Assembly (NCBI GenBank): GCA_035221665.1
Contig: CM069142.1
Location: 18,600,001-18,664,000 of the forward strand
DNA length: 64,000 bases
Direction of reading: 5' to 3'
DNA from: Okamejei kenojei
Taxonomy: Eukaryota
Below are positions 1 through 12,011 of the stretch, piece after piece; the first letter of the stretch is position 1, and each line of letters opens with the position of its first letter. The translations under genes were made by a program, and so were the position numbers. Below the pieces are notes generated by a model that saw only the letters and a list, made by a program, of their open reading frames with translations, was not told the DNA's origin and ran no database searches.

Positions 1-256
1 CAAAGGTTGTTTCCTAATTATCCAGGGAATATTCATTCTCATCACACTGAAATTTCTCATCATCTACTTACTTATTTTTACTTTGTTCATTCTCTTTTTC
101 TGTATCTAATGTAAATCTTCAAATGTTATGATCTCTGTCTCCTCAATGTCCCTCTGCGGAAACTCACTGGACTTGATCCATCTAATTTCCTGGAATCAGA
201 TCCCGCAAATGTTTTAGTACTCATAATTTAATGTGATTGGAGCAGCGTTCAGCCCA

Positions 257-497
257 TCAAGTCTGCCCCACCATCCATTCTCCTGCCTTCTCCCCATAAC
301 CCCTGACACCCGTACTAATCAAAAATATATCTATCTCTGCCTTAAATATATCCACTGACTTGGCCTCCACAGCCTTCTGCGGCATTGAGCTCCACAGATT
401 CACCACCCTCTGACTAAAGAAATTCCTCCTCATCTTCTTCCTAAAGGAACGTCCTTTAAATCTGAGGCTATGACCTCTGGTGCTGGAGTCTCCCACT
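257..497 (-). mobile_element. CR1/HER1-type LINE 3' fragment
   Basis: Minus-strand peptide TRGHSLRFKGRSF..MRRNFFSQRVVNLWSSMPQ..GYGEKAG, the typical CR1 ORF2 C-terminus. Confidence 0.9.
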
Positions 498-833
498 AGT
501 ACCTAGTACCTTGAGGTCACCACTCACGAAGAGTCTACCAGGGACTATACTGGTTCCACCCAAAAGTTCTCCCCAAAAACAGATTCTGTCATTCTGCTGG
601 GTACATTCCACAGGTTACGAACAAGTGGGAAAGATAGAGATGAGCAAATATGCAGGGAAGTTACAAGAAAGTGCAAAAACACCAAATAGTTATGATGATA
701 GATATTCTCTCTCTCTCTCCGACACTGTTATATTCTCTTTTAGCAGTTCTACCATCCCTCCTCTTCCTGACAGTTGTTGACGAGGTACATGTTGGTAAAT
801 AGTTACATTTGTAATTTTACACATAGAGATAGA

Positions 834-1099
834 GTTTGGTTTAGAGATACAGCGCGGAGACAGCCCCTTGGCCCACCGAGTCCGCACCGACCTTGATCCC
901 GCGCACCCACATTAGTGACAAGTTACACTTATTCCACGCCAATTAACTTACAATCCTGAACGTCTTTGGAGTGTGAGAGGTAACCAAAGATCTCGGAGAA
1001 AACCCACGTGGTCACGGGGATAATGTACAAACGGCGCACAGACCGCACCGTAACCAGGATTGAATCCGGATCTCTGGCAGCAACTCTACAGCTGCGCCA
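834..1099 (-). mobile_element. HE1/V-SINE-like tRNA-derived SINE
   Basis: Reverse complement has a B-box-like GATTCAATCC, the shared core (CCCCGTGACCACGTGGGTTTTCTCC) and the tail GCGCTGTATCTCTAAAC seen in the other copies. Confidence 0.85.
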
Positions 1100-1374
1100 A
1101 TTAACTGGAAATAGTTAATTGCGAGAGCAATAAATATTTGTAGATACTTACTGCAGTATAATGGGCTGGTTACATTTTTAGGTTGAATTTGTGTACCTTT
1201 AATTACATTATTAGCTAACAGAAAGGATGCTTGGCTAGAAGTCCTTACTTGCTTTACTAACAATATCTGTTGTGACAATATCATGTACTAACAATATAGA
1301 AAACAAACAAACACTTAAGGAAGTAGCGTGAGTAAAAAAATAGCGACGTAGCAGATATGATTTATTGAGAGTTA

Positions 1375-1840
1375 GTCATCAAGTGATACAGCGTGGAAAC
1401 AGGCCCATCGGTCCAACTTGTTCACAACAGCCAACATGTCCCATCTATACTAGTCCCACCTGCTTGCGTTTGGCTCATATCCTTCTAAACTCATTCTAAC
1501 CACGTACCTGTCCAAATATTTCTTAAATGTTGCGATGATATACCTCAACTACCTACTCTGGCAGCTCCTTCCATGCACCCACCACCCTTTGCGGAAAATG
1601 TTACCCCTCGGGTTCCTATTAAATCTTTTGCTCCTCACCTAAAACCTATGTCCTCTGGTTCTCAATTGCCCAACTCTGGGCAAGAGACCCTGTACATTTA
1701 CCCGATCTATTCCTCTTACAATTTTGTGATTCTGTAAAATCACCCCTCATCCTTCCTGCATTCCAAGGAGTAAAGTCCCAGCCTGCTCAAACGCTCCCTA
1801 TAGCTCAGGCCTTTGAGTTCTGGCAACAGCCTCGTAAATC
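1375..1840 (-). mobile_element. CR1-type LINE 3' fragment (decayed)
   Basis: Similar in reverse to the CR1 copy at 11935-13900; ends in GGGCCTGTTTCCACGCTGTATCAC. Confidence 0.8.
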
Positions 1841-2189
1841 TTTGTAAATCTTTGAATGGCTTACAATAAGGAGCCTATAAGTTCAGTTTAGTTTATTGTC
1901 ACGTGCACATTGGAAATCTTTTGTTGCGTGCTATCCAGCCAGAGGATGTGGTGTTGGACATGTAATAGAATGGATTGCTATGATGCTGCTAGACAAATGC
2001 TACAGATGCATCTAAGGATAAGCTGGAAAACAAATGTGGAAGAAGGAAATAGAGGGCTTTGCAAATAGCGGAAGAAAGACAGGTGAAGACTCATGGAGCC
2101 TGAATACAAGCACAAATAGGTGGGCTGAACGACCTGTTTGCAGACTGTACAAGGCTCATTCCCCTGCTTGACCCTCTCTATGCCCTTGA

Positions 2190-3650
2190 CTGTATACCAG
2201 CCTCACCAATGCCACCTTTACATTTGCGGATGATGCCATCGCAGTGGAGCTTATAACGGGTAACTATGAGTCGGAGAACAAGAGTGAGATTGATAATATG
2301 ATTGAATGGTGCCAGAGCAACAGGTTTGCTCGCAATGTTAGCAAGACCCAGCAACTGAGTGTTGATTTAAGGAAGGGAAGGCCAAGGACCCATTAATGTT
2401 TCATCAACGATGAGAGGGCGGTGGAGAGAGATAACAGTTTCAAGTTCATGGGCGTATATCTCTCTGAAGATCTGTCCTGGACCTAGCACATTGATGTAAT
2501 CACAAAGAAACCTCAAAAATGCCTCTACTTCCTCAGAATAAACAATAGACAATAGACAACAGGTGCAGGAGGAGGCCATTTGGCACTTCGGGCCAGCACC
2601 GCCATTCAATGTGATCATGGCTGATCATCCCCAATCAGTACCCCGTTCCTGCCTTCTCCCCATATCCCCTGACTCTGCTATTTTTAAGAGCCCTATCTAG
2701 CTCACTCTTGAAAGCATCCAGAGAACCTGCCGCCACCGCCCTCTGCGGGAGAGAATTCCACAGACTCATCACTCTCTGTGACAAAAAGTGTTTCCTCGTC
2801 TCCGTTCTAAGTGGCTTACTCCTTATTCTTAAACTGTGGCCCCTGGTTCTGGACTCCCCCAACAACGGGAACATGTTTCCTGCCTCTAGTGTGTCCAAGC
2901 CCTTAACAATCTTATATCTTTCAATAAGATACCCTCTCATCTTTCTAAACTCCAGAGTGTACAAGCCCAGCTGCTCCATTTTCTCAGCATATGACAGTCC
3001 CGCCATCCCGGGAATTAACATTGTAAACCTACGCTGCACTCCCTCAATAGCAAGAATGTCCATCCTCAAATTAGGGGACCAAAACTGCACTTAATACTCC
3101 AAGTGTGGTCTCACTAGGGCTCTGTACAACTGCAGAAGGATCTCTTTGCTCCTATATTCGATTCTTCTTGTTATAAAGGCCAACATGCCATTCGCTTTCT
3201 TCACTGCCTGCTGTACCTGCATGCTTACTTTCATAGACTGATGTACAAGGACCCCCCAGATCCCGTTGTACTTCCCCTTTTCCCAACTTGATGCAGAAGA
3301 TTGAGATAATTCGGTATGTCCCTGAATACTCAGATAGGCGTATAGATAGAGAGCATAGTGACAGGTTGCATCACAGCCTGCTTTGGTAAATGGAACACCC
3401 AGGAATGACGGAGGCTGCAGAAAGTGGTAAACATTTTCGCTCCATCAGGAAGGATGATCTCCCAACCATTGAAGGATTCTGCAGAAGGCATTGCCTCAAA
3501 AAGATGGCTAATATCATCAAAGACCCACACCACCGTGTCCACGCTTTCATCTCACTACTATCTTCAGGAAGAAGGTCCAGGAGCTTGGGAACTGTGACCT
3601 CCAGGTTCAAGACCAGATACTTCTCAGCAATCATCAAGCTCTTGAACACT
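2190..3650 (+). mobile_element. Rex1/Babar-like LINE RT fragment, interrupted by a CR1
   Basis: FADD motif (tttgcggatgat, about 2223); C-terminal RRHCLKKMANIIKDPHHRVHAFISLLSSGRR..TSRFKTRYF; sequence resumes across the 2539-3293 insertion. Confidence 0.75.
2539..3293 (-). mobile_element. CR1-type LINE 3' end (fairly young)
   Basis: ORF 2635-3090 QFWSPNLRMDILAIEGVQRRFT..GYGEKAGTGY; (CTATTGT)n tail; CAGAA on both sides. Confidence 0.92.
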
Positions 3651-4069
3651 GCACAGCACTCACCTGTAACCTTACCTATATTATGATCTACTGTGGCCTT
3701 TGTTTTGTTTGCACTAAGTACTTCAGTTTTGCACTATTCTGGCTGATAACTGAGTATTACCATTTATATTGCGTAACTGCATTAACGGGCCCGTAAAGTC
3801 CAATTTTGTTTATTGTCTCGTGTACCGAGGGACAGTGAAAATCTGCAGCGAGTAAGAATTTCAATGTTCCGTTGCCAGTACATATAACCATTAAACAGTC
3901 TTGACTCTTGACGTCCCATCCATGCAAGTCTCCGCATATTGAGAAGTATCCTGGAGTTCAATTACTTGTTCTTGGTGAGGTGATGCTTGTTCTGAAAATC
4001 ACCAAAAATCCAAGCTTTCACCATCGCTCGTGAAGCACTTCACTCTAACATGTATTCCTTGGCAGTAAG

Positions 4070-4107
4070 AGAATGTCCATATTTGCCCACAGAATGTCCA
4101 TATTTGC
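4070..4107. repeat. 17-bp direct duplication AGAATGTCCATATTTGC (period 21)
   Basis: Two exact copies at 4070-4086 and 4091-4107. Confidence 0.9.
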
Positions 4108-4402
4108 TTCTGATGAACAGATGGGCAAACAGCTAACTATCAGCAGTCTAAATGCACCTTTAAACAAAAACAAGTCTGATGTGGACACTAACCCATTGTT
4201 TTGACTACAGAAAACTAAACCTTATCGATCAAAGGAGATGAATACATATCAGTTAATTTGAATGACCAGAGTTGGAAAAAGAATTGTGCCAGGTGGCCCT
4301 AATGAGCTATTTTGTCATTAAGTTATTATATTGACTTCAGAATCTAATGAATGCTCAAAATGTTCTCATGGAAAGCAGTTGTTACCATAAATTAGTTCAA
4401 CT

Positions 4403-4445
4403 CTTGCCTTCCAGCCAGGTTGTTTGGACCTGGCTGGAAGGCAAG
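4403..4445. repeat. Perfect 18-bp inverted repeat with 7-nt loop
   Basis: CTTGCCTTCCAGCCAGGT-tgtttgg-ACCTGGCTGGAAGGCAAG. Confidence 0.95.
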
Positions 4446-4694
4446 GCCAATCGGAGAGAGCGGATCGGAGAGAGATCATTGTGCAATGAGTTCCACTTCT
4501 CTCATTTCTCATAACTGATCATCGTGTAATGTTCAAGGGCATTGCGGAGACATTAACAGACTCCTATACAGTGGGTAGGTGGTGTGCGCTGAGACAATTC
4601 AGAGAGTTTTTGGATGTAGATCTTTGTTTAAGATTACAATAAACATCGAAGAAGGTTCCAGAAAGCTTCTGAGGGAGATGAAGATATTTTAGAA

Positions 4695-4885
4695 ACAAGG
4701 AACTGCAGATGCTTGGTTAATATTCAAAATGTTACAAAGTGCTGCAGTAACTCAGTAGGTCAGGCAGCATCTCTGGAGAACATGGATAGGTGACATTTGG
4801 GGGTCGTGATCCTTCTACAGACAATCTGAATAATGAAATGTCACCTTTCCGTGTTTGCCAGAGATGCTGCCTGATCTGCTGAAGT
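4695..4885. mobile_element. Penelope-terminus-derived palindromic repeat (decayed)
   Basis: AAGGAACTGCAGATGCT..AGTAACTCAG..GGCAGCATCTCTGG arm followed by the inverse arm CCAGAGATGCTGCCTGA. Confidence 0.7.
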
Positions 4886-5577
4886 TTTGTCCTTTTGAAG
4901 ATATTTTGTTTAGTTTTAGTGTTTGTATATTGTTCATGATCATCTATGCCTTTGGGCTTTTATTGTTTAAAGTGCACATTAGTATTGAGTTTTTTTTAAA
5001 CAATTTGCATATGTCAATTTTCATTTACATTCTCTGAAGCTGATTATTGGTTGTCAATGCAATAATATTTTGAGGGGTAGTGCAAACTATCTTAAGATTA
5101 GGTACATATGACATTTTGAAGTCGCCATGGGAATGCCCTCAGACCGAATGATGTGTTTCATGTAGCAGTATGTTACATGGATAGCCAAGAAGGAAGGAAT
5201 GTAGTTATGTATGTATGGATGGTTAGGCAAGACAGGTGAGTGAGTTGAACATTTGGTGAAAAAATACCACTGTAATGTTAAATTTAAAATGTTTAAAGAA
5301 ATGATACAGTCAAAGATAAAACTCACAGAAATTGAATTAAACTATTATGAGTAGAACAATAGGAGTCCCAGCTCAAATAAATTGGTTGGAAAAACCTGAC
5401 TTAAAGAAAAGTTTCAATACAAAATAGATACGATTGAGTTTAGATACATTTTTCAAGAGGCTGATCACCATGGCTGAGTGAATAGATAGATATCAGATGA
5501 TTTGGAACAGAAGAAACTGCATAAACGGGAAGGATAAGGGTAAATTAAGAAAGGTGAGGCTCCTGACAAACAATCCT

Positions 5578-5848
5578 CACAGTGGTAGACTTACTGTCTT
5601 ATAGCGCGAGATACACAGGTTCGATCCTGACTGCAGGTGTGTCCATACAGAGTTTGCACATTCACCGTACGACCGTATAGGTTTTCTCCGGTTTCCTCCC
5701 TCATTCCAAAGACGTGCAAATATGTTGGTTAATTGGCTTCTGTAAATTGCGCTAGTGCATAGGATAGAACTAGCGTACGTTGGTGATCGTTGGTTGGGGC
5801 GGACTCGGTGGGTGGAAGGGCCAGTTTCCACACTATCTCTATACTAAA
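5578..5848 (+). mobile_element. HE1/V-SINE-like SINE
   Basis: GGTTCGATCCTGAC B box, CCGGTTTCCTCCC core, GAAGGGCC..TTTCC tail. Confidence 0.85.
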
Positions 5849-6454
5849 ATTAGCATAAAGGGAAAAAAGCTAAGACTTTTATTAGCAGGTAAATAAAACA
5901 GTCCCGAACCCACATGGTGCAAATTTAGGATAAATTGATGATGAAGATGTTCATCAAATATTTTCCCTTAGGTTTTGCATTTGATAACAAGGATGCTTCT
6001 CTGTGAATAGATGTGCAAGATTCAGTTCTGCCGATAAATAATCAAATTAAGAATATTAAAATCGTCAATAAAACTAAGGCTGGAAAGATCATCTGGCCTG
6101 AATGATGTACGTTGCAGAATGTAAAATAAATTGATGAGGGTAAGTGGCGGCTGCAACTGTGGAAGACTGTCTCCACTATTCGGGTGTAATCAATGTGGAT
6201 CTGTGAAGGATTTCTCTGCACTACTTTGCAGTGACTGCACTAGCTATGACTCAGTTCATGAGCTCGGAATGCCTTGCTCTGTCATCAGAAATAAGGTCAA
6301 TCCCGGCCATCCAAATGAAATATAATTCCTGAGCAAATCATAAGCTATCTTGAAAACAGCTGTGTATATCTTGTGCAGCAGAAGGACAAGTGACCAGAAG
6401 AATGCAATTTGAGAAGCCAAAAATAGAAAAATAAAGCAAATATTTATTTTTGTT

Positions 6455-6626
6455 GGAAGGAACTGCAGATGCTGGTTTAAACCGAAGATAGACACAAAAA
6501 GCTGGAGTAACTCAGCGGGACAGGCAGCATCTCTGAAGCGAAGGAATGGGTGACATTTCAGGTTGAGATCCTTCTTCAGACCCTTCTTCTGAAGAAGGGT
6601 GTCAACCCGAAACGTCACCCATTCCT
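6455..6626. mobile_element. Penelope-terminus-derived repeat, head-to-head, with hammerhead motif
   Basis: Full left arm, then a short inverted arm CTGAAGAAGGGTGTCAACCCGAAACGTCACCC. Confidence 0.8.
6589..6620 (+). ncRNA. Minimal hammerhead ribozyme-like motif
   Basis: CTGAAGA-a-GGGT..ACCC-GAAAC-GTC: core boxes, stem II and a GUC cleavage triplet; activity untested. Confidence 0.55.
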
Positions 6627-7559
6627 AAAGATGTATTTTTCTCTGACTGGTGAGGTGGGACGTACCTTTTGAATTCATTCAACCCACATCTCAAACCCAT
6701 TGCATATTTCTCAGTGACCCCTTGAGATCTTAATGCAGACACTTGTTTTTCATGAAAAATGTATATTTGGGTATTGTCACAAGAGGAATTTTGCTGAAGG
6801 TGTCTGCATGTGGGAATGCAGTGAAGCTTGGTAAGTTAAGGTATATGAGACGATACAACGTGATGCGATAGAACTTTATCCCAGGAGGGAAATTGATCTG
6901 CCAATAGGCATAAAACACAAGACAGATGAAACATGAAATTAAAGTGACGAGTGGAAAGGATTGGGGATGTGCAAAGATTTTGGGAGGGGCTAGGGGAGGC
7001 AGTTTACCCCACGACAGAAGGGGGAGGAGTTGGACAGTTTGATAGCCACAGGGAAGAAGGATCTCTTGTGGCGGTCTGTCCTGTATCTTGGTGGAACCAG
7101 TCTGTTGCTGAGGATACTCCTCAGGTTGATTAGTGTGTGGACATTGCTAAATTATTCAAGTGGACACGTAAACTCAGCTTAAAGTTGCAAGAAAGGAAGC
7201 TGTACCGTAGATATTCAGTGGAGTAATAGTGACATAAAATATATCCGAAAGAGAAATCTCCCTCAGTAGAAGGAGCAGAAGAATTACAATATCAAGGGCC
7301 TGTGGCATATAAAATTACATACATAATCAGCAAGTGGAGCTCAGAGATGAAAAATAAGTACAAAGAGGATCCCTGGCTTTTAACCTCAAAGTATATTCAC
7401 ATTTGCGACTGTTGTGAATATTTGATGTATGAATGCAAATTAAGTTCTCCAACATCTGACCATGGTGATCAAGACACATAATAAGGCAGTACAGATAACC
7501 CTTGCTATGATTCACCATAGGGGAGGGAAAGGAATCAATTATTGCCGATTAGGGCTCTT

Positions 7560-7690
7560 GATACAACTCAGGGCTAACGGAACCAAGGGATATGGGGAAA
7601 AAGCAGGAACGGGGTACTGATTTTGGATGATCAGCCATGATCATATTGAATGGCGGTGCTGGCTTGAAGGGACAAATGGCCTACTCCTGA
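7560..7690 (+). mobile_element. CR1 extreme 3' end
   Basis: GGATATGGGGAAAAAGCAGGAACGGGGTACTGA..GATCAGCCATGATCATATTGAATGGCGGTGC, as in 31505-32060. Confidence 0.85.
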
Positions 7691-7805
7691 ATTAGAGTAG
7701 GCCATCCGGCCGCTGTATGATTGTCCGCTATAACCGAGTAAGGGGTTCGCTCCAACCACCTCGAACAACAAGTTTTTAAAAAAATACAAAGCTATTTTTT
7801 CGTTT

Positions 7806-8065
7806 AATTTTTAGTTTAGTTTAGAGATTCAGTGCGGAAACAGACCCTTCGGCCCACCGAGCCCGCGCCGACCAGCGATCTCCGCACATCAACACTATGC
7901 TACATACACTGGAGACAAATTACATGTACACCAAACCAATTAACCTACAAGCCTGCACATCTTTGGAGTGTGAGAGAAGACCCACGCAGGTCACGGGGAG
8001 AATGTATTAACTCCGTACAGTCAAGCACCTGTAGTCAGGATCAAACCCGGGTCCTGGCTCCGTAA
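7806..8065 (-). mobile_element. HE1/V-SINE-like SINE
   Basis: (TTTAG)n tail, CCCTTCGGCCCACCGAG, reverse B box GGATCAAACC. Confidence 0.85.
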
Positions 8066-9509
8066 GACAAACTGTAAAAAATATATTGTTGCTACTGCCA
8101 AAAATACTAATAGAGCATCATTATTGCACAAGTGTCAATCGAAGCAATTGCTTGTCAATTTTAATGGCCTCTCTCAGTGTAAATAGGAATCGGTGTTCCT
8201 AAAGAGACACAGGTGTCTGATTGCTGTAGACGCTCCATCCAATGCAACCAAAATTCATTTTTAAGAGGTCTGTCATAATGATAGTAGACTGTATGCAATC
8301 CAGAAAGGTTAAGGTAGTATCTCAGCAAAGTACTGTGTCACCCCCGATGAAGTTACCTGGCGGCAATATTAGAGTGTCCTGAAATTAATTTATGAGGCAG
8401 AAATGGAATTTTATTGCATTTTATTTGACGTAATGTCGAAGAATCTCAATCACGAGCTGTCTGAATAAACCACAAAATTAATCAATTGATTCAAAGGGTA
8501 TATATTTTGATTGCATGAAATGAAATATGGGATGAGCATAAACCTGATGAATTTGTGGAAATGCTCCAGTAGTGAAATTTGAAGTTATGGAGTGCTATAA
8601 TTTATGTTTTAAATCATTATGTTGTTGATACACATGTATATATTTCCTTACAATTGCTAATTATCTCTGGATTTTAAAGCTGGCTCTTTAAACATTGCAG
8701 TCACTAGCTCAGGACACAACCTATAAAGTTATAGCCATTAGCAAATGCTGGATTAGCCTCGTCTGTGATAAATCACGGTGCAAATTGTTTTTCCCTTGCA
8801 AACCTCGGTATATAGGCTTTCTTAGTTCAATTAACTGCCTTGTGTAGTATCATGTTGTGCTTTAATTGAGTTCTGCTACAAAGTCTTAAACAGTTGGCAC
8901 ATCCAAAATACCTGTCGGAATCGGTGTCTCACTTCTCATTGCTTCTGTGCACAGCGGTGAATTGACACCGTGGTCCTGCAACTCACCCACTGAATAACAA
9001 CTAACTGGAGTAGTTGCAAGGGTAAAATCGCATTGTGGAGGTGCAGATGTTAGTTGCAATTAATCACTTTATTGCTTATGATTTGATCGTCCTCTTTGTT
9101 CCGTTCACTCAGGCATCCATTATGTTATTTTTCTAATTACATTTTAGGAAAGTGAGCTCTGGAAGATTTATCAGTCGACCTTTTTTTTTTCAATTAGTGT
9201 ATCCTAAAGGGAGTAAGAATGCTCCCTTAGGGCCAAATGTACAAGAATATTCAGGCTGAGATGAATAATGGATTGCAGCATACTTAATATTTTCTTCACA
9301 TTTCACCTTTTAGCAAAAAGATACTGTGATCTACATGGCCAGTTTAAAACATGGAGAATGTACCATTGGTGTATTAATGGTTATTTTTTCTGAGTAACCA
9401 GCTGATTAGATCACTTAATGCTGAACTTGGTAGCCAAAAATCTTCCTTCATTGGACAATGACAGTTTAAACAGGAAATGGAATCAGGACACTACATAAGG
9501 TCATTGTCA

Positions 9510-10217
9510 TGGGCCTGTCCCACTTTGGCGACTTTTTAGGCGAATGCAGGAGACTATACGGTCACGTTCGCGGGTGGTTGCCGGGGAGTCACCTTCATGG
9601 TCATGAAGAGTTCCCGCATTCTGGGAACTAGTCGCGGCATCATTATAGTCTCAGCGAATTTTTCAACGTTGAAAAATTGATGGCGACCAGAATGAAGCCA
9701 CCATGGAGAGTAGCGAGAATTCTCGTGCCGTAGGTGCAGTGGTTGTGGGTTGACAGGAGGTCGTAGGTTCTCGTAGGTTGTAGCTGGTGCTGAACGGTGA
9801 GGTTTATTGGCTCATTGGGAAAAAAACGTAAGCAGTAGTTTTCAGAACCAAGTAATGTTAATGTCTGCCGAGTTTCACAGCCGTGTATCTCTGGCTCCTT
9901 AAAAGTTGTCTCCACTCCTTCTCCCCCCTTCCCCCATCTCTCCCCCCCTCCCCCCCTCTTTTAAAGGACTTATGTAACCCTTCCTACACTGAGCTTTCAC
10001 TGTCTTAATTATAGGGCCAACCATCCTGTTCATCGCGGTGTGTGTCTGTATCACATTGACCTTGCATCATGTGAATTTCACTCAGACAGCGCTCCCCCCG
10101 CTTGCCCTGTCCCCCGCCTGCATAACAGGCTGGTGAAGAAAGTGATGTGTGTGTGTGTGTTCCACTCTGACAGTCGCCGGCAGTCGCCTGAAAAATCGCC
10201 TAAGTGGGACAGGCCCA
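9510..10217. mobile_element. PIF/Harbinger-type MITE (708 bp)
   Basis: TIRs TGGGCCTGTCCCACTT ... AAGTGGGACAGGCCCA; flanks TCA/TAA resemble a 3-bp TWA target duplication; no ORF. Confidence 0.85.
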
Positions 10218-12011
10218 TAACAATACCGTTTTTTTTACACCTAAAGGGAAGAACTTTTTTTTGAGGTATGATGCTTTGATATTTATTACTTGCAGGCCTA
10301 TCTATATTTTCCTAATATAGATAAAAAATTACATTTTCAGAAGATTTAGTTGAAAATTAAAAAAAGATCGTCAAATCTTTCATTGTTGTGTGATTATTTT
10401 CATAGTAAGTATTTTGTTAGATTGATAAAATATGTTTCCATGTCAATAATAGAAAATGTTTACCATGGCATATCTTTATTGATATTCACCTTTAAGCATT
10501 ATTGGTGTATATTGTGAAATGTTATTTAGGGACTTTTAAAGGCTATCTTGGTTCAAAAGACCAAATTCTTAAAAGGATAACCATATTGGGATTTTTAACT
10601 AAAGACATTGAGCACAATGAAAAAGGGAGCGTTAAATTTATACAAGATGTACAGTAAGTCAGGGTATTTGTTCTGAATTTTGCATTTTGTTGCAGAAAAG
10701 ATAGCTAAAAAAACACTGTTTAGAGCATAAATTAACTGGGAAGTCCTACAATAGGAAATTATAATGGATGAGAAAGTTGGAATGCTTAAGTCAGAGCAGA
10801 GAAAGCTAAAAGTATTTTTTAAAGATTATCAAATGTTTTGATTTAATCAAATGATCACAACTCCATAAGTTTTAAGTTCCTTGTGAACAAGGATAAGTCT
10901 GTACCTTAGCAGGAAAGGACTACATTAGAATAAAGCAGATTACAAATTATTAGGAAGGAGTTTGGGATTGTAAATTGGGAGCGGTTATTATTGGGTAACT
11001 CCACATCAAAGACATGTGGGAGTTGTTAAAAGACCAGCTGATCAGAGTTCAGGACCGGCATGTTCCAGCAAGGAGGAGGGATGATGATAAGATGGGAAGG
11101 GAAATTTGCATGACTGGAGAGGTTTTAAATTTGGTCAAAAAGAGAAAGGAAACATATGCAAGGTTTAGGAAGATGAAACCAGACAGGAACTTTAAGGAAT
11201 AGGAAGCAAGCAAAAAAAAACTCAAGTAGGCGACTAGAACGGCCAAAAGGGGTCCTGAAATATCATTGGCAAGTCAGTTTAAATATATTCCCAAGGCATT
11301 TAAAGACAACAGGGTAACTTGGGAGAAGGTAGGACCACTCAATGATAAAGGAGAGAATCTGCGCTTGGAGTGAGAGCTTGTAGGTGAGGTACTAAAGGGG
11401 TACTATGCATCTATTTTCATCAAGCAGAAGAGGATTGTGACATCAATGTGCAGTTTACTAATATGCAGGAGCATTTTGAGATTAAGGGGGTAATGGTGTT
11501 GGGTCTCTAAAAAAGCATTCAGATCCCCAGGGCAAGCTATCCCCAGTTTTTGAGAGAAGAAAGAGAGGAGATTGCCAGGATTTTGACAACAATGTTTGCA
11601 TCATCTCTAGCCAAAGGCAATGTCCGGAGGGCTGGAAAGTAGCCAATGTTATTCCTTTGTTTACGAAGAGATGTGGAGACAGTCCAGGAAATTATAATCC
11701 AGTGAGCCTCACATTAGTGGTGGGTAAAGGATTATTTGGGATAGGATTTACTCACATTTGGATGAGCATGGTATAATTAGGGGCAGTAGGCTTGACTTTC
11801 TCTGGAGTATCTGAGGTTGAGGAAGACCTGTTAAAATTATGAAAGGCACAGATTGGGCAGACCTTTTCCCCAGGGTGGAATGATCAAAAATTAGACAGTG
11901 TAGCCTTAAGGTGAGAGAGACAACGTTTAAAGGAAATCATGAGAGGAATAGATCGGGTAGATGCGCAGATCATCTTGCACAGATTAGGAGAATCGAGGGC
12001 CAAAGGACATA

